Source of the DNA: an uncultured delta proteobacterium
GTDB lineage: Bacteria > Myxococcota_A > Polyangia > Haliangiales > Haliangiaceae
Length of the DNA: 64,000 nt
Reading direction: 5' to 3'
Assembly: GCA_963772655.1 (NCBI GenBank)
Contig: CAVYYE010000003.1
Location: 2,673,341-2,737,340 of the forward strand
In this document: positions 18,627 through 28,412 of the stretch, in pieces
Numbering within the stretch: the stretch's first letter is position 1
Layout of the letters: the number at the start of each line of letters is the position of its first letter
Position numbers and translations under genes: made by a program
Notes under the pieces: generated by a model
Database searches by the model: none
Seen by the model: only the letters and a program-made list of their open reading frames with translations
What the model was told of the DNA's origin: nothing

Positions 18627-19928
18627 TTGACTACGAGTAGGGCCATCAAGAACGTCGTCGTGCTCGGCGCGAATGGAACGATGGGCGCCGGAGCGGGCGC
18701 CCTGTTCGCGCTTTCGGGCTTCACCACCACTCTCGTCGCGCGCACGATCGATCGCGCGGAAGCGGGTCGCAAGAAGGCGATCAAGATGTCCAAGGGGAAA
18801 CTCGCGGACGACGCTCCGATCCGCTGCACCACGTACGACGATCGCGAAGCGATCGCGAACGCCGATCTGGTGCTCGAAGCGGTGGCCGAAGACCCGTCGA
18901 TCAAGCGTGCCCTGTTCGCGAACGTCGATCAGATCCGTAAACCAGACTCGATCATCGCCACGGTGTCATCGGGGCTGTCGATCACCGAGTTGTGCGCCGA
19001 TCGCAGCTCGGGCTTTCAATCGCACTTCCTGGGGATCCACCTGTTCAACCCACCGACCATCATCGTCGGCTGCGAGCTGATCCCACATGCCGGCACCGAT
19101 CCGGGAGTGATCGCGGTGGTCCGCGACTTCCTGCAGCGCGATCTGCGCCGTCAGGTCATCGAGACGCGAGACACGCCGGCGTTCGCCGGCAACCGTCTCG
19201 GCTTCAAGGTGCTCAACGAGGTCGCGCAACTCGCCGAGGAACACGGCGTGGTGTTCATGGACCAGCTGGTCGGACTTCACACCGGCCGCGCGCTGCCGCC
19301 GCTCGCCACGATCGATCTCGTCGGCTGGGATGTCCACGCGGCGATCGTCGATAATCTGGTGGGCTCCACCAACGACTTCGCGCACGCATCGTTCGAGCTG
19401 CCGAAGTACATGCGCGATCTGATCGCGCGCGGTCACCTCGGCCGCAAGAGCCGCGACAAAGGCGGGTTCTACAAGAAGGTCGGTGACGACCAGTTCGTGG
19501 TGATGCCGAAGACCGGCGACTACGTCCCGCGTGGCGAGATCGTGGTGCCGGTACCCGCGTTCGTCGAGCGCATGCAGGCCGCGGTCGCGAAGGGCGATCA
19601 CGTCGCCGCGTTCGACGTGATGTGCACGGCCAAAGGTCACGAGGCCGACCTGCTCCGCCAGATCATGCTCGGCTACGTCAGCTACGGGCTCGGACTCGTC
19701 GGCCAGGTCGTCGAGCGACCGCGCGACATCGATCGGATCATGAGCTACGGCTTCTCGTGGGCACCGCCCGGCATGGTGGTCGACGCGATCGGTGCCGAGC
19801 GCACGATCGAACTGCTCGATCAACTCAAGATGCCGGTCCCCGCGTGCGTGCACGACGCCGCCGAGCATCACCGGCCGGTGTTCCACGAAGAGATCAACAC
19901 GGCCCGACTGTTCCCGGTCGCGGCCTGA
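18627..19928 (+). CDS. 3-hydroxyacyl-CoA dehydrogenase family protein (NAD-binding + C-terminal domain)
   Basis: A GGAGG RBS sits 5 nt upstream of the TTG start. The Rossmann motif is IKNVVVLGANGTMGAGAGALFALSGF. HADH-like catalytic and C-terminal regions follow. Confidence 0.8.
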   Translation: MTTSRAIKNVVVLGANGTMGAGAGALFALSGFTTTLVARTIDRAEAGRKKAIKMSKGKLADDAPIRCTTYDDREAIANADLVLEAVAEDPSIKRALFANVDQIRKPDSIIATVSSGLSITELCADRSSGFQSHFLGIHLFNPPTIIVGCELIPHAGTDPGVIAVVRDFLQRDLRRQVIETRDTPAFAGNRLGFKVLNEVAQLAEEHGVVFMDQLVGLHTGRALPPLATIDLVGWDVHAAIVDNLVGSTNDFAHASFELPKYMRDLIARGHLGRKSRDKGGFYKKVGDDQFVVMPKTGDYVPRGEIVVPVPAFVERMQAAVAKGDHVAAFDVMCTAKGHEADLLRQIMLGYVSYGLGLVGQVVERPRDIDRIMSYGFSWAPPGMVVDAIGAERTIELLDQLKMPVPACVHDAAEHHRPVFHEEINTARLFPVAA

Positions 19929-19950
19929 ATCTCGTCACACGACGTCGGTT

Positions 19951-19968
19951 CCGCGGACCGCTCCGCGG
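19951..19968. terminator. perfect 7-bp stem/4-nt loop hairpin (ccgcgga-ccgc-tccgcgg) between convergent genes; candidate bidirectional terminator
   Basis: The hairpin is seen directly in the sequence. It lies in the 98-bp gap between the stop of the dehydrogenase (+) and the stop of the lipoprotein (-). Confidence 0.4.
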
Positions 19969-20026
19969 TGAAGCGCGAACCGAACGCGAGCTCTGGAAAG
20001 AACACGCGGACGGTTCGCTCGCGAAG

Positions 20027-21118
20027 TCAGCGTGCCTCGAGGGCGAGCGTCCACACGAGGTCGGTGGTGGTCTTGCCGTCGAAGTACGGATCGTCGGGCG
20101 CGAGATCGCCGCGGGTGACCGGAAGGTACTCGGTCGCGCCGAGCGCCGCGCGGCGATGACACGCCACGCAGTTGGAGTGCACGCCGCCGGGAAACCGCGC
20201 CTCGAGATACGGGTTCATCGCGACGTGCGGCGAGCCATCGGATTCGCGCGGGCGTAGCGCCGACACCGTGGTGTCGAGCAGGTAGCTGCGCGCGGCGCCG
20301 CGAACGTCGTCGGGGCGTCCGGCCGCGTACGGACCGGCGTCGGGTCGGTCGTGCCACCACAACGTGATCCACACCCAATCGGGAATCTCGCGCGTCGATA
20401 CGTGCATGCCGACGAGCACGACGTGATCGCCGATCGCGAGCGTCGGATCGCGCGCCGCGCGGCGAGCGGCGGCGACCTCGTACGGCGTGGTCAGCGTGCG
20501 ATGGATGAACGCGTCGAGGGGAACATGATGGACGCCATCGACGAGCTCGTCGAACGCGGTGCCATCGGTGGGCTCCTCGGCCACGGGATCGATCGCGACC
20601 TGGCGCGACCAGGTTCGCGTCGGGTTTCCGAGGTCGCGCGCGGCCTCGCCGTCCCACACCGGCAACCGCGTCACGCCCTCGCGATGCACCGGGTACCACA
20701 CGGCCTTGATCAGGATCGCGTCGTCGGGGAAGTCGGGGATCGCGGATGCGTCTCGCGTCGACGCGCGCTGCGCCAGATGGTGCTCGCGAACGTGTGCCGC
20801 TGCCACCGGATCGAACACGACCTGAAACATCAGCGGCGCGGTCTCGCGCTCGATGCGATCGCCGACCCGGAACGCCTGGAGCTCGCGGAACACGCGATCG
20901 CGCACGCCGAGCACGACGTCGGAGCGCGGCCATTGTTGCCAGCGATCCTGCAGACGCGCCCATAGTGCCCACGCGTGTGCCCGGATCGCAGGCACGTCGT
21001 CGCGATCGCGCTCGGCGAGCAGCGATGTCTGCGACCGCGATGGCACCGGTGCACGTGGGCGACGGCAACCGAGGCCGAGGCCGAGGACGAAGATGATTCC
21101 GAGAACGCGAAGAGACAC
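20027..21118 (-). CDS. lipoprotein with C-terminal CXXCH (c-type heme-binding-like) motif
   Basis: The lipobox is MSLRVLGIIFVLGLGLGC. The protein is 363 aa with a low-Arg, protein-like composition. NCVACH lies near the C-terminus. Confidence 0.6.
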   Translation of the reverse strand: MSLRVLGIIFVLGLGLGCRRPRAPVPSRSQTSLLAERDRDDVPAIRAHAWALWARLQDRWQQWPRSDVVLGVRDRVFRELQAFRVGDRIERETAPLMFQVVFDPVAAAHVREHHLAQRASTRDASAIPDFPDDAILIKAVWYPVHREGVTRLPVWDGEAARDLGNPTRTWSRQVAIDPVAEEPTDGTAFDELVDGVHHVPLDAFIHRTLTTPYEVAAARRAARDPTLAIGDHVVLVGMHVSTREIPDWVWITLWWHDRPDAGPYAAGRPDDVRGAARSYLLDTTVSALRPRESDGSPHVAMNPYLEARFPGGVHSNCVACHRRAALGATEYLPVTRGDLAPDDPYFDGKTTTDLVWTLALEAR

Positions 21119-21177
21119 GAAAGGTGGCGCGGCCCACGCCCGGGCGGATGGAGCCCGTTGATTGTGGGTACCTCTTA

Positions 21178-21300
21178 CGAGTGACCGGTGACGAGTGACG
21201 CGGCCTCTATGTCGAGGCCGTTACCTATTGCCGTTTGCAACAAACAAACCGTCTTGGGATGTGGTGGGCGGATAGGCACGTGACGAGTGACCAGCGACGT
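21178..21300. promoter_or_regulatory. two copies of a heptad-periodic element (GTGACcgGTGACgaGTGACgc at ~21181-21201 and GTGACgaGTGACcaGCGACgt at ~21280-21300) plus a 7-bp-stem hairpin (cggcctc-tatgtc-gaggccg, 21201-21220) in the 222-bp intergenic region
   Basis: These are direct observations. The region lies upstream of the lipoprotein gene start (21118, -) and downstream of peptide ORF 1. Confidence 0.3.
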
Positions 21301-21342
21301 GTATGCAGCCAAGCCTTCGGCAGGGCCGCGCCGTCACCGAGT

Positions 21343-21675
21343 CTACTTGAAGAACGGGTAGTAGACGCCGTCGATCGTGTAGCCGGAGTAACCGCCGATC
21401 GTGTTGGGGGCGTACGCGGGCGCGGGCGCGGGCGCGCTACCGCCGCCACCTCCACCCATCATCATCATGAACATCATCATGGTCGTCGGGTCCATGCCCT
21501 GCTGGCGGTTGGTCTGCAGGCTCTGGAGCGAGTCGATCACGCCGCTCAGCGCCTGCGTGATCTCGGCGTTGGAGCCGCTCGACGACACGCCACCGCTGAC
21601 CTGAGAGAGGTCGGTCGGGTCGATGGTCTGGAGGGTTTCGGGCCGGGCGGGTTGGGTGGGCTTGGCTTTGGGCAT
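21343..21675 (-). CDS. small secreted peptide precursor 1: double-glycine-type leader (…TLQTIDPTDLSQVSGG) + Met/Gly-rich core (MMMFMMMMGGGGGG)
   Basis: The ATG at 21675 has an AAGGA RBS 8 nt upstream. The protein is 110 aa. The leader is conserved with three other ORFs in the window. The gene lies immediately downstream of the VIT1-like transporter gene on the same strand. Confidence 0.6.
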   Translation of the reverse strand: MPKAKPTQPARPETLQTIDPTDLSQVSGGVSSSGSNAEITQALSGVIDSLQSLQTNRQQGMDPTTMMMFMMMMGGGGGGSAPAPAPAYAPNTIGGYSGYTIDGVYYPFFK

Positions 21676-21822
21676 GGCCGGTGTCCTTCGGTGGTGACAC
21701 CCCTGTCTCCAGCAGTCGACGTGCCACCGTTCGAAGGTCGCGATCTCGCGAACATCGACGACCATCGAGGGACGGGCCCCGGCGAGCGAAGCGCCGGTCC
21801 GTATACCGCCGGACTCGATCGA

Positions 21823-22942
21823 TCAGCCCAGCGCCACCCCGAGGAGACGCCCCACCCCGAACGTCAGACCCGCGGCACCGAGCCCGAGAACGAGCTGTCG
21901 CCCGCCCGACCACACCGCCGACCTCCCGGTGAATAGCGTGATGCCGGCACCGACCGCGAACAGCGCGAGCCCCGAAAGCCCGATGCTCGCGATCATCGCG
22001 ACCGTGCCGCTCGCGAACACGAACGGCACGACCGGGAACACCGCACCGAGCGTGAACAGCAAGAACGAGGTCAGGGCCGCGGTCCACGCCGATCCGCCGA
22101 GATCATCGGGATCGAGTCCGAGCTCCTCGCGCGCGAGGACGTCGAGTGCGGTCTCGCGATTCGCGAGCAGGTTGGTCGCGAGCTGCTTGGCTTCCTCCTT
22201 GGGGATGCCCTTGGCCTCGTCAGATCAGCTGTAGCTCCTCGCGCTCTTCCTCGGGCGCCGCCGCCAGTTCCTCCGCCTCGACGCGCAACTCGCGCTGCGC
22301 GAGCTCGCGCGAGCTGGTCACGCTGATCCATTCGCCGAGCGCCATCGACGACGCGCCGGCGAGCAACCCGGCGAGACCGGCGATCAGGATCGCCTGGCTC
22401 GACGCTTCGGCTCCCGCCACACCCATCACGAGCGCGAGGTTCGAGCACAGACCATCGTTGGCGCCGAGTACCGCCGCGCGGAGAGCATTGCCTCCGACGT
22501 TGCGATGGCGACCCTCGACGCGTGCCAGCGTGCTTCCCGTCGCGCCCTGCGCGCGCTGCATCATCACGCCGAGCACGCGCGCGTGCGATCGCTCCTGCGC
22601 CGCCATCCGCGTGTGCGCCGACTCGGCCTGCGTGGCGTAGTCGTCGCGCCCCGCCGACTCGCGCGCTGCCACCGTCGGCAAGATCGCGCGCGCACCGAAC
22701 CGTACCGCGAACCAACGCAGCACCCGCGCCCGCCAGCTCGGGCGCCGAGGCCCCGGATCGACACCCTTGGCGCGAAGCTGGTCTTCCCAGAACGTCGCGT
22801 GCTTCTCCTCGACCGCCGCGAGCTCTCGATAGATGTTGGCGATGCTCTCGTCGGACTCGACGTCGGCCATCGCGTGGTACTGCGCCGCGCTATCGATCTC
22901 GTCCTGCCGGTTGAGCCGAAACCGCCGGATGTCGTCCGTCAT
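21823..22942 (-). pseudogene. VIT1/CCC1-family Fe/Mn transporter with N-terminal ferritin-like (rubrerythrin-type) domain; interrupted by a 1-nt insertion creating TGA + frameshift at ~22221
   Basis: The N-terminal frame carries the ferritin-like E-x-x-H motifs plus TM1-2 and ends ...EEEREELQLI*. The next frame continues with (Y)EAKGIPKEEAKQLATNLLANRETALDVLAREELGIDPDDLGGSAWTAALTSF plus TM3-5, which is a perfect VIT-family loop consensus (ELxxIYxxKG). Removing the single base at ~22221 restores ELQLIYEAKG. Confidence 0.7.
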
Positions 22943-22946
22943 GGGA

Positions 22947-23609
22947 TCACGGGAGATCCAGAAGCTCGGTCTTGTTCGCGTAGTTGATCGCCTGCTTCAC
23001 GCGCTGGAGGAACTCCTGGATCCGATCGATCTCGTTCCACACCTCGCGTGACGGCAAGCCGTAGTCCATGACCTCGGTGACGTCGTAGCCGAGTAGCTCC
23101 ATCTCCTCCGCCTTGAGTCCTTTGTCCGAGAACGTCTCCTTCTTGCGCTCGACCTTGTGAACGTTGCGGTAGCGGACGTGGTCGTCCCCGGTCTCGATCA
23201 CGTTCACGCCGTCGGCGCGCAGCGGGATCGCGCGTGCGGCTTCTTCCATCTTGGGGATGATGCTGTCCTTGAGCACGAGCAACTCGGGGATCGAGTAGCT
23301 GCGTGCGTTGCCCTCGAGGTCGGATACCTCGGCCTTGGCCGCCTGGTTGGTGATCGAGATCCGGAGTGCGAGCTGGCGATCCTCCGCGATGATCTCGCGG
23401 ATCTTCGCGCGGCACTCGTCGACCGTGTAGTGCCGCGACGTCGTCTTCTCCGATCCGGGCTCCGGAGCGAAGGCCTGGGCGCCCTCGATCGCGTGAGACC
23501 GATAGGTCCGCTTGGTGTGTCCCGACGCCTTGAGTCGGTTGGTCCACGACGTCAGATCGGCGGAGAGCTTCTTGCGGCGGTTGAACGCATCGCCCAGGGT
23601 CATGCGCAT
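22947..23609 (-). CDS. conserved hypothetical protein (Lys/Glu-rich, 220 aa)
   Basis: The composition is non-biased and clearly coding. It ends 5 bp upstream of the VIT1-like gene on the same strand, so it is probably co-transcribed. I recognise no domain. Confidence 0.6.
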   Translation of the reverse strand: MRMTLGDAFNRRKKLSADLTSWTNRLKASGHTKRTYRSHAIEGAQAFAPEPGSEKTTSRHYTVDECRAKIREIIAEDRQLALRISITNQAAKAEVSDLEGNARSYSIPELLVLKDSIIPKMEEAARAIPLRADGVNVIETGDDHVRYRNVHKVERKKETFSDKGLKAEEMELLGYDVTEVMDYGLPSREVWNEIDRIQEFLQRVKQAINYANKTELLDLP

Positions 23610-23706
23610 GGGCGAAGGTTATCCGAGGTAACCACCCAAAACCACGAGACTACTGATCTTTACATCGTCTGTACGAACCGAGGAATCTGCGCAGAAACGC
23701 TACACT

Positions 23707-26592
23707 GTGGTTCGTTCGGCAATGGCGAGCTTCTTCTTCGGTCGAGTCGACGAGCTGCGCCGGCTTCGAGCTCTGGCCGAAGAACCGGTCGCACTGATCT
23801 ATGGGTTGCCCGGGATCGGCAAGAGCGAGCTCGCCTACCACGCGGCTGCCGAGCTGCGTTCGGCACCGCCGTGGCAGGACATCCCGATCGTGCGCGTGAC
23901 GATCGAGCCGCACAACGCCCGCGTGTTCCACAGCTTCTTGCACGCACGGATCACCGGTCGCGGTTGTCAGGGTCTCTCCGATCTCGTCGCCCTGCTCGCG
24001 AAGACACCCCACGTGGTGGTCCTCGACAATGCCCACCACGCGCCGAACGAGATCGCCGCCCTGGTCGACGAGCTGGTTCGCGAGGTCGAGCCGGCGAGTC
24101 GGTTGATCGTCACCTCGCGCACGGCGCTTCCCGTGGTGACCACGCCGATCGTGATCCGCCTCGGGCCGCTCGCGAAACCGGAAGCGCGATCGCTCGCCGA
24201 GCACTTCGCGACGCGCCTCGGCATGCCCACCGACGGGCTCGACCCACTCGTCGAGCACAGCGGTGGCAGCCCGTTCCTGTTGCGGCATCTGGTGGCCGGA
24301 AGCCGGCGCGGCTCCAGCAGCGGTGATCCGCTCGAGGAGACCATCAACATCCTGGACTCGGACGCACGCCAGGCGCTGATCCGGTTGGCCGCGGTCGCCG
24401 ACTGTTCGCGCTCGCGGCTCGCCGCAGCTCGGCTGGTGCCCGACGACCGCGTGTTCAACACGCTGGCGGAGCAGTTCCTCGTCGATTCTCGCCCCGAGGA
24501 GCTGGTGATCCACGAGCTCGTTCGCGAGGTCGTGATGAGCGGCGCCGATCGCGACACCATCGCGTCGAGCCGCAGGACCGCGGCCCAGGTGTTGTGGGAG
24601 GACTTCGAGCGCCACAGCTTGCCGCTGGTCGCGGTCGAGTCGATCTGCCTGTCGGTGTCGGCGGGCGATATCGAGCAGGCGTTCGCGAGCCTGCGCGCCG
24701 CGATCCAGACGATCAGCGGTGCCGGACTCGATCACCTGCTGGTGCCGACGCTCGAACGACTGTCGCGCGACGGTCGACCCGAAGCCACGCTCGCGCTCGC
24801 GCGGATCTACCTGCGGATGGCGCGGATCGACGACGCGGCCCAGGCGATCGAGGCCTTGCCACCGGAGCGAGACCACGACCTGTCGGCACTGATGACACGC
24901 GCGACGATCGCCGAGCGGCGCTGCCGGGTGCTCGAAGCACGCTCGCATCTGGCGGCGGCGCTCGAGGTCGCTCGCGATCCGCGGATGCGTGCACTGGTTT
25001 CGATGCGACTCGCGATCATCGAGACGCTGTCCGGTGAACCGAGCGGCAGGAAGCGGATCGTGGAGCTCGAGCACGATCCCGCGATCACCCGCGAGGTCGA
25101 TCGCGTGCGTTTGTGCTGGGCCCGCGGTGTCGTGCACGCCCTTCACCTCGAGTGGATCGAGTGTCTGTCGGCAGTGTCCGAGGGTCGGCGGATCGCGCAG
25201 GCAGCGGCGATCGTCGACCTCGACTTCCTGTTGATGCTCCTCGAGCTGCTGGCCGCGAGCGAGCTCGGCGACGTGACACGCGCGGAGGAGCTCGGTCGCG
25301 ATACGCGCCTCGTCGAGACCAGCGCACACCTGCGCGGCCGGATGTCCGAGCTCTACGTCGGCGTATCTCAGGTCGTGTGCGGGCGGCTCGACGAGGCCGT
25401 GGTCACGCTCGAGCACGCGTACGTCGAGCACGAGCGCCAGCACGACGAGCTACTCGCCTGCCTCGCCGGCCACTTCCTCGGTCGTGCACTCGCGCTGCAC
25501 GGTGAGGCAGCGAGGTCGGTCGAGGTGCTCACCGACGTCAGCCAGCGCGCCACCGCGGCGAAGCTCGTTCCGTTGATCAGTCCGGGCAGAGCGCATCTCG
25601 GTCGCGCGCTGCTGACCGTCGGCCGCGTCTCAGATGCGGAGCACATCGCGCGCGACCTTCGCGATCACCCGTTGCCCGCGATGGCCGCGGAGTCCGCGGC
25701 GCTCCAGGCGTACGTCCACGTGTTCCGCGGAGACATCGAGCTCGCGCGAACCGAGATCGCACGCGCGCTCGAGATCGCCGGCGACCGCGAACCGCTCAGG
25801 ACCGACTACGCCCTCGACCAGGCTTACATCGAGCTGTTCGGTGGCGATCCCGAACGCGCGCGGGCGACAGCCGTGGCGGTGATCGAGGACGAATCGCGCC
25901 GCCGGCGCCCGTATTCGCTGGGACGCGCGTTGCTCGTCACCGCGATCGCCGACGTCGCCGCGGGGATCTACGACACCGCGTTGGCCTCGCTCGCGCGCAT
26001 CGACGAGCTCGCGAAACGCCACGGCCTGCACTTCCTGCACGCACGTGCCGCGCTGTTGCGCAGCGCGACCTCGCACGGCGGCACGTCGATCCTCGAGCGC
26101 GTCCCTGCCGAGCAACAGCAAGGCTACGTCGGACTCCTGCGCGTCCTCGGACTCCGTCCCGAGACGGTGATCGTGTCGTCCCGGCATGGTCGGCTCCATA
26201 CCGAACACGCCTTGCTGCGCGAGGTGGCGCGCGAGCACGATCTGCTGATCGATCTATCCACCGGATCGATCATCGAGAAGTCCGGGCGAGCGATCGAGGG
26301 ACGCGGCGTCGCCTCCGCGATCCTGGTGGCGCTCGCCGAGAGTCCCGATCCCGTGAACCCGGAGCGGCTCTACCAGATCGTGTGGGGCGGTACCGACTAC
26401 CACCCGCTTCGCCATCGCAACACGCTCTACATCGCGCTCAACCGCACGCGGAAGCTTCTGGACGAGCTGGTCGGTGACCGCGAGATCATCATCCGCCGCG
26501 ATCCGACCGGATGGGCGATCGCGCCGGATGTCGACATCGCCGTCGCGCGTCGCGACCCGCGGGTGTCGACGGTCACCGGCGCGCGAACCTGA
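23707..26592 (+). CDS. STAND-class NTPase (NB-ARC/AAA-like P-loop) + TPR-like helical region + C-terminal OmpR/PhoB-type winged-helix DNA-binding domain; putative transcriptional regulator
   Basis: The Walker A motif is LIYGLPGIGKSELAYHAA. Walker B is hhhhDN (VVVLDNAHH). The middle region is long and helical. The C-terminus reads LYQIVWGGTDYHPLRHRNTLYIALNRTRKLL (trans_reg_C). An alternative start lies at 23722 (MASFFFGRVDEL). Confidence 0.8.
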   Translation: MVRSAMASFFFGRVDELRRLRALAEEPVALIYGLPGIGKSELAYHAAAELRSAPPWQDIPIVRVTIEPHNARVFHSFLHARITGRGCQGLSDLVALLAKTPHVVVLDNAHHAPNEIAALVDELVREVEPASRLIVTSRTALPVVTTPIVIRLGPLAKPEARSLAEHFATRLGMPTDGLDPLVEHSGGSPFLLRHLVAGSRRGSSSGDPLEETINILDSDARQALIRLAAVADCSRSRLAAARLVPDDRVFNTLAEQFLVDSRPEELVIHELVREVVMSGADRDTIASSRRTAAQVLWEDFERHSLPLVAVESICLSVSAGDIEQAFASLRAAIQTISGAGLDHLLVPTLERLSRDGRPEATLALARIYLRMARIDDAAQAIEALPPERDHDLSALMTRATIAERRCRVLEARSHLAAALEVARDPRMRALVSMRLAIIETLSGEPSGRKRIVELEHDPAITREVDRVRLCWARGVVHALHLEWIECLSAVSEGRRIAQAAAIVDLDFLLMLLELLAASELGDVTRAEELGRDTRLVETSAHLRGRMSELYVGVSQVVCGRLDEAVVTLEHAYVEHERQHDELLACLAGHFLGRALALHGEAARSVEVLTDVSQRATAAKLVPLISPGRAHLGRALLTVGRVSDAEHIARDLRDHPLPAMAAESAALQAYVHVFRGDIELARTEIARALEIAGDREPLRTDYALDQAYIELFGGDPERARATAVAVIEDESRRRRPYSLGRALLVTAIADVAAGIYDTALASLARIDELAKRHGLHFLHARAALLRSATSHGGTSILERVPAEQQQGYVGLLRVLGLRPETVIVSSRHGRLHTEHALLREVAREHDLLIDLSTGSIIEKSGRAIEGRGVASAILVALAESPDPVNPERLYQIVWGGTDYHPLRHRNTLYIALNRTRKLLDELVGDREIIIRRDPTGWAIAPDVDIAVARRDPRVSTVTGART

Positions 26593-26678
26593 GAGAATCA
26601 CTGGCACGTAAAGACGAAGTACAGGTCGCGACATGACCGGGAGCGCCCGGGTTCCGGCAACGTAACGCTCGGGGTTTC

Positions 26679-28313
<1,635 letters not shown>

Positions 28314-28412
28314 CGCACCGAAGCACTCGTGTTGCCCGCTGTACAGATGAAGTAAAGCCCCGGTGAAGACGGACACCGAGGCGAATTCGGCAAAGTGAAT
28401 CCCGGGAGGATC

